Shown: positions 41,920-52,864 of the stretch, in pieces
Layout: each line of letters begins with the position of its first letter
Numbering within the stretch: the stretch's first letter is position 1
IMG/VR virus record: IMGVR_UViG_3300044987_001050
Location: 19,187-83,186 of that record
From: a virus
Reading direction: 5' to 3' (one strand)
Length of the DNA stretch: 64,000 nucleotides
Position numbers and translations under genes: made by a program
Notes under the pieces: model-generated
Told to the model about the DNA's origin: nothing
The model's input: only the letters and a program-made list of their open reading frames with translations
The model's database searches: none

Positions 41920-43748
41920 AATCACTACGAGAAATGCGCGCAAGCGACATACCAAATGTACCTGCTGCGGCCGAGGTCGTAGATAACGGAACCCCTGCTA
42001 TTTATGATAACGATGGCGAGGCGGATGCAACTGGACATACTCTAATCGCGCTCAATCATATCGCGACTATGGCTGATGACCTCTATACCGCGGTCGGCGA
42101 TGAAGGCATCGAACTGTTGCCTGAAGAGATTGATGCAATCCTGAATTCATTCGATCTCATCTCTAGCATTCATGATAAGCACTCCGAGTTGTATGATATG
42201 CCAAGTCAATCATACGACGAAGAAGATCTTGCGGGTGCGATGGATGAAGAAAACCAACTTCAGAAAGAAGAGCTTGAACTCGCGGAATCGCTTGCGTGGC
42301 AGACGATGGTCAAATCATTGGGTGTTGCAGGCTTTAAGATGATGCCGCCCGAGAAGTTTGCGTCCGGATGGAAACCTTCTAGTGGACAGGTTCATCATAT
42401 GTTCGGCATCCAAATGCGTGCTGGTAAGTTTGCTGACACTTACTTCGCGATCACGGACAACGAGGCAAAGCCATACACCATCGTTAATGTTGAAGGTACT
42501 ACCTCATACGCTGAACTCGGCCAGGCACTCGCTGCTATCAAGAAGTTGACGAAGACAGGCACGGTTCAAGAAGGTGTATCTGACGAAGAACATGCGATCT
42601 CGGATAAGTTCGTTCCTACTCCATGGGACATCATCGAAGCATTGGGCGATGAAGAAACGATCCGCCGCATGAATCGAATCAAGGAGTTTGGTGTCGGTCT
42701 TGCCCAGGATGTTATCGTTGAACACATGATCGAGGAAATTAAGACAGTTGACCTCAATCTCAGTAAGGCTATCGGCGACTTCTATTCTGAACTCAAGGAG
42801 GCGTCTAACCCCGCTCATGGGTTTGCAGTTAGGTACTCCGTCTTCTCTAAGAAGGGCGATGGCCCGATCGTTCACAAGGAGATGTCGTTCCCTACCGCCG
42901 AGAAAATGGAGAAATGGATGGACACCGCTGAAGACAAGGTTCCTTACTTCCACGAAATCCAATCAACGTCATACCCTCGAAAGAATGAAGATCTTGATGA
43001 AATGGTTGACATCGCTGAAGAGAACGTCGCTCCAGCATTGTGGAAAAAGGTGAAAGAGTTTATTGGTCAAGGCTGGGAACTCCAAGGCTATAAGGGATAT
43101 CAAATGAGTGCTGACGTTGCTCATATGAGAAAAGGAAAGCTTGCAAAACACATCACCGCAAAGGGTGAAATCCAATGGCCACCTGTGAAGAAGGAGTCAG
43201 CTGACCTTGTTGAGAACAAGACTAACTCCGTTCTAACATGGGATGGCGCCAAGGGTCAAATGGATCCTTTCCGTCTCGAGGTTATTGGTCAAGATGGTTC
43301 TGTCGTTGCACGCCTACTCGACAAAGTTCTTCCTGCTGGAAAGGGCAACGTCTATGACGACCAAATCGGATTCAAGTCCACTAAAGAACGCGAAGCCGCT
43401 GCGAAGGCGCTTACACAATACTTCAAGGCTGTCAAGGAACAAGACCTAACCATCATTGACCTCGGCGATCTCAACGAAGCATTCGATGAAACGAAGTTCA
43501 AGAGACTCGCTATGACAGGTCTTGTTCCTGCCGAGGAAGTCAATGGAGTCGTTAGAGCAATGAAGGCACTTGAAGCTGGTAAGACACTTACTCCTGCTCA
43601 AAAGGATTTGATCTCAGGCACCTTCCTAACACTTATTGGACTCGTCACAGGCGACACATCTGTCTTCTCCAAAATTCAAGGAGCTGCTAAGAAGGCGGTA
43701 TCTGAGGAAGCAACTCAGGATTTGGATCGGAAACAATCAAACGCGTAA
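41916..43748 (+). CDS. large acidic modular protein, putative processed head protein
   Basis: 610 aa; multiple (L/I/V)-x-E sites between modules. Confidence 0.55.
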   Translation: MKSLREMRASDIPNVPAAAEVVDNGTPAIYDNDGEADATGHTLIALNHIATMADDLYTAVGDEGIELLPEEIDAILNSFDLISSIHDKHSELYDMPSQSYDEEDLAGAMDEENQLQKEELELAESLAWQTMVKSLGVAGFKMMPPEKFASGWKPSSGQVHHMFGIQMRAGKFADTYFAITDNEAKPYTIVNVEGTTSYAELGQALAAIKKLTKTGTVQEGVSDEEHAISDKFVPTPWDIIEALGDEETIRRMNRIKEFGVGLAQDVIVEHMIEEIKTVDLNLSKAIGDFYSELKEASNPAHGFAVRYSVFSKKGDGPIVHKEMSFPTAEKMEKWMDTAEDKVPYFHEIQSTSYPRKNEDLDEMVDIAEENVAPALWKKVKEFIGQGWELQGYKGYQMSADVAHMRKGKLAKHITAKGEIQWPPVKKESADLVENKTNSVLTWDGAKGQMDPFRLEVIGQDGSVVARLLDKVLPAGKGNVYDDQIGFKSTKEREAAAKALTQYFKAVKEQDLTIIDLGDLNEAFDETKFKRLAMTGLVPAEEVNGVVRAMKALEAGKTLTPAQKDLISGTFLTLIGLVTGDTSVFSKIQGAAKKAVSEEATQDLDRKQSNA

Positions 43749-43937
43749 GATAATGAAACTACCTTTTCGTATTCCTACCTATCCCTTCGGGATCCGTTGG
43801 AGATCTATTAAGATTCCAACATGCAACATTTATGTCGTGTTAAATACAATCAGTAGGTGCTTAATCAATATCTGAATCAATTTGGATTCGCATTGTTCGG
43901 CGCAGATTCTAATTTATTTTAACACTTCCGGATTCAC

Positions 43938-44342
43938 ATGTCAATTCAAAACCTTCGTAACCCGAATATTCTAATCAAGCCTAAGGTTGATCTCAACGAG
44001 AAGAACTTTGTTCTGTTTGCGGCAAAGAATTACATAAACCCGCGCGTTCTTGACCAAGAAGAGTTCGAGGAAGATCTGATTCGCTTCAAATACTTAAAGC
44101 GGTTGTTCAATCGTTACAAGGAAAAGAACGAATTGCAGGAGCGCTTGATTCTGAATCACTTGACTGTCATTCACAACGTGTTCAGTTTACAAGCAGCAAC
44201 TGAAATGTGTTTCTTCAAAATTGATTCTGTCATGTGGCCAACCTTGAAAACATTTCTGCTATATCTTAACCTTTTACATCCTGACGAATACAAGACAATC
44301 CCATCCGATATGTTTGTCGTCAAAAAACTTCAGCGACTATGA
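43938..44342 (+). CDS. conserved T4-like hypothetical protein
   Basis: FAAKNY.NP, EF.EDL.RFKY.KRL, ERLILNH. Confidence 0.75.
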   Translation: MSIQNLRNPNILIKPKVDLNEKNFVLFAAKNYINPRVLDQEEFEEDLIRFKYLKRLFNRYKEKNELQERLILNHLTVIHNVFSLQAATEMCFFKIDSVMWPTLKTFLLYLNLLHPDEYKTIPSDMFVVKKLQRL

Positions 44343-44902
44343 GTTTACTTTCACGCGGTGCCGACACTTTCTATGCCTTCCGATTCCTTCGACTGTTAAC
44401 CACAGCATGGGAGGACACTGGCGCGTTCAAAGCAGGATTGCTTGATAAGGACGGCAAGGTATTGCGGCAACCTGCGAACCCAGACGAAAGGTCGGTCTAT
44501 AACATTTTTCACAAGCTCGTCTTCAATGTAAAGCGATTGGTCAACAAGGTTCCTTTCGGGAAGACGACCATTGCTTCATATCTAACCGCGCTTTACCTAA
44601 TCAAAGAACACACGTCAATGACTGACGCTGAGATCCAAGCAGTTCTTTCTGAGGCAACTAACGTTGAATTTCCTGCCCTAACTGAATCAGCTGAGAATGG
44701 TTTGATGCCAGGTCTATTCAGTCTTAGCCGTGATCTGCTGCATCCAGCAACCGCTTCGCCAATCATTCGGCGCGGTTCTCTTGTCGAAGTAGCTGACTCA
44801 GTTGAGCCATGCGGCCACATATTAGGTCAACCTATTTTCGAAGTGTTTCACCTTGAAACTAAAACCGTCATTAAAATAAGCCCCTTTGATATTGACCAAT
44901 GA
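44339..44902 (+). CDS. conserved T4-like hypothetical protein
   Basis: YAFRFLRLLTT.W....A...G..D..G, FHKLVFN.KRL. Confidence 0.7.
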   Translation: MSLLSRGADTFYAFRFLRLLTTAWEDTGAFKAGLLDKDGKVLRQPANPDERSVYNIFHKLVFNVKRLVNKVPFGKTTIASYLTALYLIKEHTSMTDAEIQAVLSEATNVEFPALTESAENGLMPGLFSLSRDLLHPATASPIIRRGSLVEVADSVEPCGHILGQPIFEVFHLETKTVIKISPFDIDQ

Positions 44903-45190
44903 ATGTCGTAGCAAACATAGATACCACGCCGACGAACCACAAGCAACACCAGCGTTCGTCTGATACTTGGAAAATGTTCGACGTTCCATCTGATGTCTTC
45001 CGTCGTTTCGAGACTGGCCGCAACAAGTTTGAGCGGTGGTCAAAATATCTTGACGTCAATGATAAGGATCAAGCAGAGGTCCTAGCATATGCTAAGAAGC
45101 AACCTAAGAACACGATCGTACTTCGTGATTCAAGCAATGGCGTGCTACGACAAATTCGTCGCCGCGCCGCGAACGATTCCTGAAATTTGA

Positions 45191-45219
45191 TTTACACAGG
45201 GCACTAACTGTTGTAAAAT
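45191..45219 (+). promoter_or_regulatory. promoter, ATG of a small ORF (45227) 7 nt downstream
   Basis: TTTACA-17-TAAAAT. Confidence 0.7.
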
Positions 45220-45442
45220 ATCAAATATGGAATCATCTAAAATAGACAAGAACGACGCCGCATCGCTCTCCAAACTATCGAAGGAGGAGTTGATCGCTCG
45301 AGTGTTGTCTTTGCAGACATTGACACGCAATCATGATTACGTGTATGTAGACGCCGTCGCACGAAAAGGTTGTCATATCGGACTGCCTACAACACGGCCT
45401 GTCTGATATATAGAATTGGGACGCATACGATTTTCAAAACTT

Positions 45443-47752
45443 ATGAGTATTAAAGCACTGTCGGCATACACTTTCTATTCGCGTTACGCGAGGTATAACA
45501 CAACTAAAAAACGTAGAGAAACATGGGAGGAAGCCGTCGCGCGAGTTTATGCGATGCACCGCGAGAAATACGCTGAACAGATCGCTGCTAATCCAGAGCT
45601 TGACTCGCTTATCGCATTTGCACAGTCGATGCAGAACAAGAAGCGTGTGTTGGCTGCGCAACGATCATTACAGTTTGCGGGTGCGCCTATCTTCAAGCAT
45701 GAACTCAAGATGTTCAACTGTTTGTTCACGCACATCGACCGTGAACGCGTTTTTGCAGAAACCCTATACTCACTCCTTTGCGGATGCGGTGTAGGTTTTT
45801 CAGTTCAAAAGCAACACGTCAAGAAGTTACCTAAGCTTGTATCCGAAACACCTACTGAGGAAGTTCATTGGGTTATTGCTGACTCGATTGAAGGATGGGC
45901 AGACGCAATTGGCGTTCTCATCGCGTCCTTCCTTCCAAAGTCGAAGGAGTTTCCTGAGTATGCAAATAAGAAGATCGTTTTCGACTATTCGTTGATCCGT
46001 CCTGCAGGCGCGTTGATTGCAGGACAGTTCACTGCGCCAGGTCCTGACGGTTTGCGTGCTGCTATTGAAAAGGTAACAGCTCTCATATCTGGACGTATTA
46101 GCAGCGAGGCTTTCAAATCTGGAGAGTTTGCGAACAAGCTCCGTCCGATTGACTGTTATGACGTCATCATGCATATCTCAGATGCTGTTCTCTCGGGCGG
46201 TGTTCGTCGTTCAGCCACACTATGTTTGTTCTCACACGACGATCCGGATATGCTTACCGCAAAGACCGGTAATTGGTTCGTCAATAATCCGCAACGCGCT
46301 AGGTCGAATAATTCAGCCGCTCTCCTGAAGGGATATGTTTCTCGGAAGGAGTTTGCAACATTGATGAAGTCGACCAAGGAGTTTGGCGAGCCAGGCTTTA
46401 TTTGGATGGACGACCTTGACTTTGGATACAACCCATGTGTTGAGATCGGGATGTACCCTCGAACACGTGACGGTCGTTCTGGATTCCAAGGATGCAACCT
46501 AACCGAGATCAACGGTAAGTGGTGTGATACCCGCGAGAACTTCCTTCGCGCATGTGAGGCTTCAGCAATCATCGGTACACTCCAAGCCGGTTACACGAAC
46601 TTCAAGTATTTGAGCAAAGAGTCGAAGGAGATCTTTGACGAGGAGGCATTGCTTGGTTGTTCTATCACGGGTATGATGGATAACCCAGACGTTATTTTTG
46701 ATGAGGCTCTTCAACGCGAAGCAGGACAATACATTCTCGAAACGAATAAGAAAGTTGCGGGAATGTTAGGTATTAGACCTGCCGCTCGTGCAACATGTGT
46801 CAAGCCTGCAGGATCAACCTCGTGCGTGTTAGGTACTGCATCGGGCATTCACCCCCACCACGCTAAGCGATACATCCGTCGTGTTCAGGCAAACAAAGGC
46901 GAGTTCTGTTTGCAAGAAACACAACGTCGCAATCCTGCGGCGGTCGAGGACTCTGTTTGGTCGTCGAATAAAACAGATGCCGTCATTTCATTCCTATGTG
47001 AAGTTCCAGGCGGCGCTATCGTCAAGAACCAACTCACCGCGGTCCAACTACTCGAGAAGGTAAAACTCACTCAACAGAATTGGGTTGGGGCAGGGACAGA
47101 CGTTTCCCTTTGTGTTAATCCTAAGCTGAGGCACAACGTGTCGAACACGATTACGGTTAAGGACGACGAGTGGGTGGCAGTCGAGGATTTCATTTTCGAT
47201 AACCAAGAATGGTTCGCAGGCATCTCGCTATTGTCATCATCCGGCGACCTTGACTATGCACAGGCTCCGTTCGCGACCGTGATGACTCCGCTCGAACTCG
47301 TCAAGGAATACGGCGATGCATCGGTCTTTGCATCAGGCTTGATTGTTGACGGTCTTGCTGCCTTTGACGACAATCTTTGGAAGGCTTGTGATACCGTTCT
47401 TGGTTTTGGCGATGACTTATCAGGAGCCTATGATGTTCCTGAGTATCCTAAGAAGAAAACTAACAAGGACTTGGTTGAGTACTTCCTTGCGCGCGACGTA
47501 TTTGACGCATGGTTCAACAAGAGCGATTGGGTTCGTCGCGTTCGACAATTCGCGGATCGTTACTTCGACACGGACATTCGGCGCGCGACATATTGCCTCA
47601 AGCACGTCTCGTTGTGGAAGACATGGTGCGATCTTAAGCGTGACTATGTTGAGATTGATTGGACCGTTGCAATCGAAGAGGCGCAAACATTCGTTGATGC
47701 AGACACTCTAGGTGCACAGGCATGCTCAGGCGGATCCTGTGAACTGATATGA
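45443..47752 (+). CDS. nrdJ: class II (B12-dependent) ribonucleotide reductase
   Basis: RRETWEE, FNC, G.GVGFS, GGVRRSA, NPC.EI, CNLTE, TCVKPAG, C-terminal CSGGSC. Confidence 0.9.
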   Translation: MSIKALSAYTFYSRYARYNTTKKRRETWEEAVARVYAMHREKYAEQIAANPELDSLIAFAQSMQNKKRVLAAQRSLQFAGAPIFKHELKMFNCLFTHIDRERVFAETLYSLLCGCGVGFSVQKQHVKKLPKLVSETPTEEVHWVIADSIEGWADAIGVLIASFLPKSKEFPEYANKKIVFDYSLIRPAGALIAGQFTAPGPDGLRAAIEKVTALISGRISSEAFKSGEFANKLRPIDCYDVIMHISDAVLSGGVRRSATLCLFSHDDPDMLTAKTGNWFVNNPQRARSNNSAALLKGYVSRKEFATLMKSTKEFGEPGFIWMDDLDFGYNPCVEIGMYPRTRDGRSGFQGCNLTEINGKWCDTRENFLRACEASAIIGTLQAGYTNFKYLSKESKEIFDEEALLGCSITGMMDNPDVIFDEALQREAGQYILETNKKVAGMLGIRPAARATCVKPAGSTSCVLGTASGIHPHHAKRYIRRVQANKGEFCLQETQRRNPAAVEDSVWSSNKTDAVISFLCEVPGGAIVKNQLTAVQLLEKVKLTQQNWVGAGTDVSLCVNPKLRHNVSNTITVKDDEWVAVEDFIFDNQEWFAGISLLSSSGDLDYAQAPFATVMTPLELVKEYGDASVFASGLIVDGLAAFDDNLWKACDTVLGFGDDLSGAYDVPEYPKKKTNKDLVEYFLARDVFDAWFNKSDWVRRVRQFADRYFDTDIRRATYCLKHVSLWKTWCDLKRDYVEIDWTVAIEEAQTFVDADTLGAQACSGGSCELI

Positions 47753-47976
47753 TCACGTCATGCATATGCTATCACAAGACATTTCGTGAGATCCTCGTGA
47801 TAGCGAAGGAGAACGGCGTGACTTCTATATCCACACTTCGCAATAAATACAAGATATGCAACAAGTGTAAACTCTGCAACCCATACGTCGAGGAGGCGTT
47901 AGTGACAGGGCAAACTGAATTCACAGGCTTGTATAAATCTAGACGAAAACATGATCGAAAAAACGAAATGCCGTAA
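47749..47976 (+). CDS. BFD-like [2Fe-2S]-binding small protein
   Basis: CIC...CNKCKLC spacing. Confidence 0.6.
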   Translation: MITSCICYHKTFREILVIAKENGVTSISTLRNKYKICNKCKLCNPYVEEALVTGQTEFTGLYKSRRKHDRKNEMP

Positions 47977-48133
47977 TTGCGGAGCAGTGTACGAACTCAT
48001 TTGGGATGACACTGAAATGGATGATTGGCGCGATGACTTCGAGGATACCGTTGAGCAATCAGACGAAGAGTTTGAAACATCGGATCCCGCTTATTGCCCA
48101 TTCTGTGGAACGCACTGTGACTATGATGAATAA
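47951..48133 (+). CDS. acidic Zn-ribbon protein
   Basis: CRNC...YCPFCG. Confidence 0.6.
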   Translation: MIEKTKCRNCGAVYELIWDDTEMDDWRDDFEDTVEQSDEEFETSDPAYCPFCGTHCDYDE

Positions 48134-48144
48134 ATAAGTTCATA

Positions 48145-48594
48145 ATGGAACTTACTCAAATCAATCAGTGGTACTACAACGCCCAACCCTTCACGAAGGA
48201 GGCGGCCGCACAAAAGATTGAGGAAGGTTACATTGGATTCATTTACGAGATCACTGATAACCTAACAGGGAAAAAGTACATAGGCAAGAAGCTTATGGTT
48301 GGGAAGCGTCGTCTCCCACCGCTTAAAGGTCAGAAGCGGAAGCGTGTAAAGATGGTTGAGTCAGACTGGGAAAAGTATTTTGGTTCCAGCGAACTCCTAT
48401 CCGCGCTTGTCGAAGAACGGCAGAACGATTTCAGTAGGGAAGTGTTATTCCTATGCAAGTCGAAGGGAGAACTAAACTATACGGAGGCTCGTGAACAATT
48501 CGCGCGCGAAGTCCTTCTCTCGGACGACTACTATAACAATTTGATTGCTGTGAAGATTCATGGCAGCCACGTGAATTCGCTTAGAAAAAAGTGA
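48145..48594 (+). CDS. GIY-YIG endonuclease (EndoII/DenA-like)
   Basis: GFIYEIT....KKYIGKK, ESDW..YFGS, YYN. Confidence 0.85.
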   Translation: MELTQINQWYYNAQPFTKEAAAQKIEEGYIGFIYEITDNLTGKKYIGKKLMVGKRRLPPLKGQKRKRVKMVESDWEKYFGSSELLSALVEERQNDFSREVLFLCKSKGELNYTEAREQFAREVLLSDDYYNNLIAVKIHGSHVNSLRKK

Positions 48595-48631
48595 TTTACA
48601 AAAGTCGGATTACTTGATACAATTGCGGTAG

Positions 48632-49498
48632 ATGATAATTGTCGACTATTCCGGGCTTGCTATGTCAAGCATGTTTTCTCTTAAGTCAAATGATGTTGAC
48701 GAAGGCATGCTTCGGCATTTGATCTTAAACTCCTTGCGGATGTATAACGTCAAGTACCGAGCAAAGTTCGGTAAGTTGGTTCTCGCGTGTGATGGCTGTT
48801 CTTGGCGGAAGAACGCGTTTCCGAATTACAAAGCGGCTAGGTCGATCAACCGCAAGGAGTCGCCGATTGATTGGGATGCGGTGTGGCGCGTCATCAATCT
48901 CGTGCGTGAGGAAATCATGGAGCATATGCCTTACAAGGTTGTGCAGGTTCGAGGAGCGGAGGCTGATGATATCGTTGCCGTGCTTGTCGAATCAACGCAA
49001 GAGTTTGGGCAAGGCGAGCCTGTGATGATCGTGTCAGCTGACCACGACTTCATTCAGTTGCAGAAATACACGAACGTGTCACAGTTCAGTCCAATGACGA
49101 AGAAGCTTGTGTCCGATAAGAACCCGCGTAAGTATCTGCTCGAGCATATCTTCCGAGGATGTGGAGGCGACGGAGTTCCCAACGTTCTTTCTCCTGATGA
49201 CGTATTCATCGATGCCACGAAACGGCAGAAGCCCCTCAAGGCAAAACTTGTCGATGAATGGATTGCCTCATACTCCAAGCTTGAGTCGATCATGGACGCC
49301 GACACATATCGCAACTATCTTCGTAACCGCGAGTGCATCGACCTTTCATACATTCCTTCGAATGTTGTTGAAGAGATCACGGCCTGTTATGAATCACAAC
49401 CTGACACTCCAAATGCCAAGGTTTTCAACTACCTCGTCTCAAAAGGTTGCCGCATGCTTGTAGGCAGCGCCGCTGAATTCTTCCCACCAAAACAATGA
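48632..49498 (+). CDS. rnh: T4-type RNase H / 5'-3' exonuclease
   Basis: IIVDYS, WRK..FP.YKA.R, EADDI, SADHDF.QL, DGVPN. Confidence 0.92.
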   Translation: MIIVDYSGLAMSSMFSLKSNDVDEGMLRHLILNSLRMYNVKYRAKFGKLVLACDGCSWRKNAFPNYKAARSINRKESPIDWDAVWRVINLVREEIMEHMPYKVVQVRGAEADDIVAVLVESTQEFGQGEPVMIVSADHDFIQLQKYTNVSQFSPMTKKLVSDKNPRKYLLEHIFRGCGGDGVPNVLSPDDVFIDATKRQKPLKAKLVDEWIASYSKLESIMDADTYRNYLRNRECIDLSYIPSNVVEEITACYESQPDTPNAKVFNYLVSKGCRMLVGSAAEFFPPKQ

Positions 49499-50790
49499 AA
49501 TCTCGATACGTACTACACTTCGATCAAATCTTTCCTGCTGTTGAACTAACTCAACAAGGATCGGTTGTCATTCTTGAAGACAACAATGGAACTGTCGTTA
49601 GGCACTCTGCGTCTGACGTGTTCCTAACAGAGCTCGACGCAAAAGTCGAGTTGCGCTCCCGGGTTCAGCAAGAGGTTCAACTCGAGAGTCAGAATGCCAA
49701 GTCGGCTGCTGCTCGTTTGGATAATGCTATCTCGAGACTCGTTGATCTCAACTCGGAAATCTTTAACATCAAACACTCCAAATAACATGGGACAAGCAAA
49801 ACGCCGCGGCACATACGATGAACGCAAGGAATCCGCTATTGCAGACAATCTCAAGACCATTCAACTTCTCAAGGAACGCGAAGACGCTTGGTGGGATTCA
49901 TTAACTCCTGAAGAACAGCAGAACGTTGTTCGTGGTCGAATCAAACGAGCCGCTAAAACCAAGATGTACAACGACATAATCCGAGCAGGCCGAGGCGGTC
50001 CGCGTATGTCTCGTCTTCCCAACATCGACTTACGCCCAGGCAGTGAAGCACTTTATGGACCTCTCGCAGATTGATTACGGTCGAGAAACAACGACTGAAC
50101 TTTTACACAGACTATACTATGATCGCAAGGAGCAAGAAAGAAAGCTGGAAGCTGGCAAAGAAGATGTACCCGATGTCGGCAAAGATGATGCGTGGTGGAC
50201 GGTGCATAGTCGAACAATGGACGGGCGACCCAGCTGAGGGCGGCGTACTTGTTAAGCGAGATGTCGGCCCAACACGGGCATCCCTCCTAAGAGACCATGC
50301 TTACGGCAAGTGTTGGACTTGGTGTTCATTTTGCATCGCCGACGCTGAACGATATATGAAAGATCATCCTAATGAATTCACGCCACACGTGCAAGTTTAG
50401 CATGCTAATGCGGACGAGTCCCGCAGGCGGCAATAGACGAAATGTTTCCGTGCTCGTGAAGTCATGCCCGTGCGGTAGCCTTCAATCAATTCATCCTGAG
50501 AAGCTAAACTACTTTGAGAGGCGTTGGATTCAACGAGTCAACAAAAGAAGTGAATCATACCATGAAAACGAAGACAAAGACTTTTCGGATTGGGAGCATG
50601 ATATTTCATGTGTCGCATCTTGATGAAATCGCTTTCATCACTGGACCTGACGGAACACGTAACTATTGTTGTGTTCACATTGGTCCTGCGATTTCTCACG
50701 ACGGCCTCATGATATTCGCGATCATCATTGGACATTTGAGTATCATGTTTGGTAGAAGTGGACAACCGATTTCATATAAATCAAACCAAC

Positions 50791-51237
50791 ATGAAAGTAC
50801 AGAAATACCTTTACCCACACGAGGCGTTTGCTGCTCTGTCAAAGATTGACTCGTTCCATGATCGAGTCAAGTTCCTGCAAGAGAAGCAGTCATTCGCGAT
50901 TCGGACAATTCTCCAGTGCGCCTTTACGCCACACATTGTTCTCGATCTACCTGAAGGAGTACCTCCGTTTGAGCGTGATATCCTTCCCGTAGGAAATTCA
51001 TTAGGCCGTGTCGATAAAGCGGTCAAGGTGTTAGGCCAATTGGTTGCTCCTGGCGGTACACCCACAAAAGGCCTTAGCCGCATGAAGAAGGAGACACGCT
51101 TCATTGCGCTCCTTGAGTCAATTAACGGAAAGGATGCAGATGTTATCCTTGCTATGAAGGACAAGAAGTTGACCGAAATGTTTCCAGCGCTTGACCTTAC
51201 GCTCGCTAAGGCGGCATTCCCAAATATCTTTAGCTGA
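50791..51237 (+). CDS. conserved T4-like hypothetical protein
   Basis: LPEG.PP, KKETRFI.LLE, DA......KDK. Confidence 0.65.
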   Translation: MKVQKYLYPHEAFAALSKIDSFHDRVKFLQEKQSFAIRTILQCAFTPHIVLDLPEGVPPFERDILPVGNSLGRVDKAVKVLGQLVAPGGTPTKGLSRMKKETRFIALLESINGKDADVILAMKDKKLTEMFPALDLTLAKAAFPNIFS

Positions 51238-51375
51238 CCAGCCTCTTAAATTGAATATACTTTACGTTACTCTAAAATTCATAAGCCAGGCCGTATCTTA
51301 CGTTCTATATTGGCTAATCATCCAAACAACGTTGTTATTCATAAGAATCTTAGCATTACTTCATTCGCTATTGCA

Positions 51376-51696
51376 ATGACATACGTCAACTGCATTCGGC
51401 ATGAGTGTACACACTACTGCGGCCGAGCATCGTCTCGGCATAAAGCGAAAGGAGATCCGATTGATCTTAGCATCTTCGGCAATCCAAGCCCGTTACGATT
51501 CGAGGAGGACCGAGACGAGAACATTCGAGAGTACACCGCATATCTCCTTGATCGCTTGAGGAAGAACAAGTACCTTGTCGAGATTCTCCGATTGATTCCT
51601 GATGACGCGGTGTTAGGTTGCTTCTGCTATCCTAAGAACTGTCATTGCCGTCCGATCATTGAAGCATGTGAATACTTACGAGAACACGACCTATGA
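51376..51696 (+). CDS. DUF4326-like protein
   Basis: YCGR, S.FGNP, LGCFCYPKNCH. Confidence 0.8.
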   Translation: MTYVNCIRHECTHYCGRASSRHKAKGDPIDLSIFGNPSPLRFEEDRDENIREYTAYLLDRLRKNKYLVEILRLIPDDAVLGCFCYPKNCHCRPIIEACEYLREHDL

Positions 51697-51864
51697 ATTC
51701 CAAGCCATTGCTACTATGTGTCAGTCACAAGCTGGAACTCGTGCGTCGTAACTATGCTAGCGTTGAAGCGCTTGCGCAATTTCCAATTTCATCAGAGGCG
51801 GCTTGTCAAATATGCAATGGCGAGTGGGCAAGAAATCAAAAAGAATCCAAGGATAAATCAGATT

Positions 51865-52125
51865 ATGCAATACGACTATTTCTGTGATGCGTGCAAAGAG
51901 GTTTGGGAAGAGAAGCAATTCCTCAATGATCGTGACGTACCTCTATCGCTCCCTTGCCCTCATTGCAAGGAGGTAGGCTCGGTCAAGCGCGGCTTCTTCA
52001 AGGCATCTGCAATTTCATACGGCGGATCAAAGTCCGTCCTTGCTCGTGCAGGCTCAGGTTGGAACGATGTTCTCATGGGCGTCAAGAAAGCCTCGGCAAA
52101 GAATAACACGATCATCACCCGATGA
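51865..52125 (+). CDS. FmdB-like Zn-ribbon regulator
   Basis: YDYFCDAC...CPHC...GWNDVL. Confidence 0.75.
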   Translation: MQYDYFCDACKEVWEEKQFLNDRDVPLSLPCPHCKEVGSVKRGFFKASAISYGGSKSVLARAGSGWNDVLMGVKKASAKNNTIITR

Positions 52126-52802
52126 GTTTCAAGCACGAGCCGATCAGCGTAGGTTATGAAGACCTATACGTGACTAACGATGAAGTTGAGGGAAGACGGT
52201 ACCTAACACCCGATGGGAAGAAGTATCCGTCGATGACGACTGTCCTATCAGTACGTGCAAAGGATTACCTTGAGGAGTGGCGGAAGAGAGTAGGCGATGT
52301 AGAGGCTGACCGTATTTGTCATCACGGTGTTACACGCGGTTCAGCACTCCACCTTCTTGCGGAGAAGCATATCAACAATGAAGTGGTTGATCTTAAAAAG
52401 GAGATGCCACACGTGATTCAATCGTTCGGTGTTGTGAGAAAGATTTTGGACGAACACGTTGATCGAATCATAGCGCAAGAGGTTGCTCTATTCTCTCATT
52501 ACCTGAAGGTCGCGGGTCGAGCCGACTTAATTGCTTACTATGACGGCGTTCTCTCGATCATCGACTTCAAGACAAGCAAATCCGTCAAGACTGAAAAGGA
52601 CATCGAGGATTACTTCATTCAGGAGACTGGATATGCAATTATGTTCGAGGAACGAACTGGGATTCCGATCTCAAATCTCGTCACAATCATGGTAGTCGAT
52701 TACAGCTCAAAACCGCTGATTTTCAAGCAAAACCGAGATACCTGGGCTCCACTCCTGCTGGAAACCATCGGAAAATACTACGAAAAACACGGAGAAAATT
52801 GA
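52122..52802 (+). CDS. PD-(D/E)XK exonuclease (Cas4-like phage exonuclease)
   Basis: YPS.TTVLS, RG..LH, AGRAD, IIDFKTS, YF.Q...YA. Confidence 0.88.
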   Translation: MSFKHEPISVGYEDLYVTNDEVEGRRYLTPDGKKYPSMTTVLSVRAKDYLEEWRKRVGDVEADRICHHGVTRGSALHLLAEKHINNEVVDLKKEMPHVIQSFGVVRKILDEHVDRIIAQEVALFSHYLKVAGRADLIAYYDGVLSIIDFKTSKSVKTEKDIEDYFIQETGYAIMFEERTGIPISNLVTIMVVDYSSKPLIFKQNRDTWAPLLLETIGKYYEKHGEN

Positions 52803-52805
52803 CGC

Positions 52806-52846
52806 ATTTTCTTGTTTACAAGCCGTGAATTGTTTGTTAGAATTTG
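52806..52846 (+). promoter_or_regulatory. strong early promoter (copy of 12693-12733)
   Basis: TTTTCTTGTTTACAAGCCGtGAATTGTTTGTTAGAAT. Confidence 0.85.
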
Positions 52847-52864
52847 TCGTAACCGAAATACATT

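Noticed and set aside
45443-47752. Intron or intein in the RNR or helicase genes
   Set aside because: Lengths and motif spacing look normal and frames are continuous
52122-52802. CRISPR-Cas locus (Cas4-like gene)
   Set aside because: Stand-alone phage exonuclease; no repeat-spacer array or other cas genes seen
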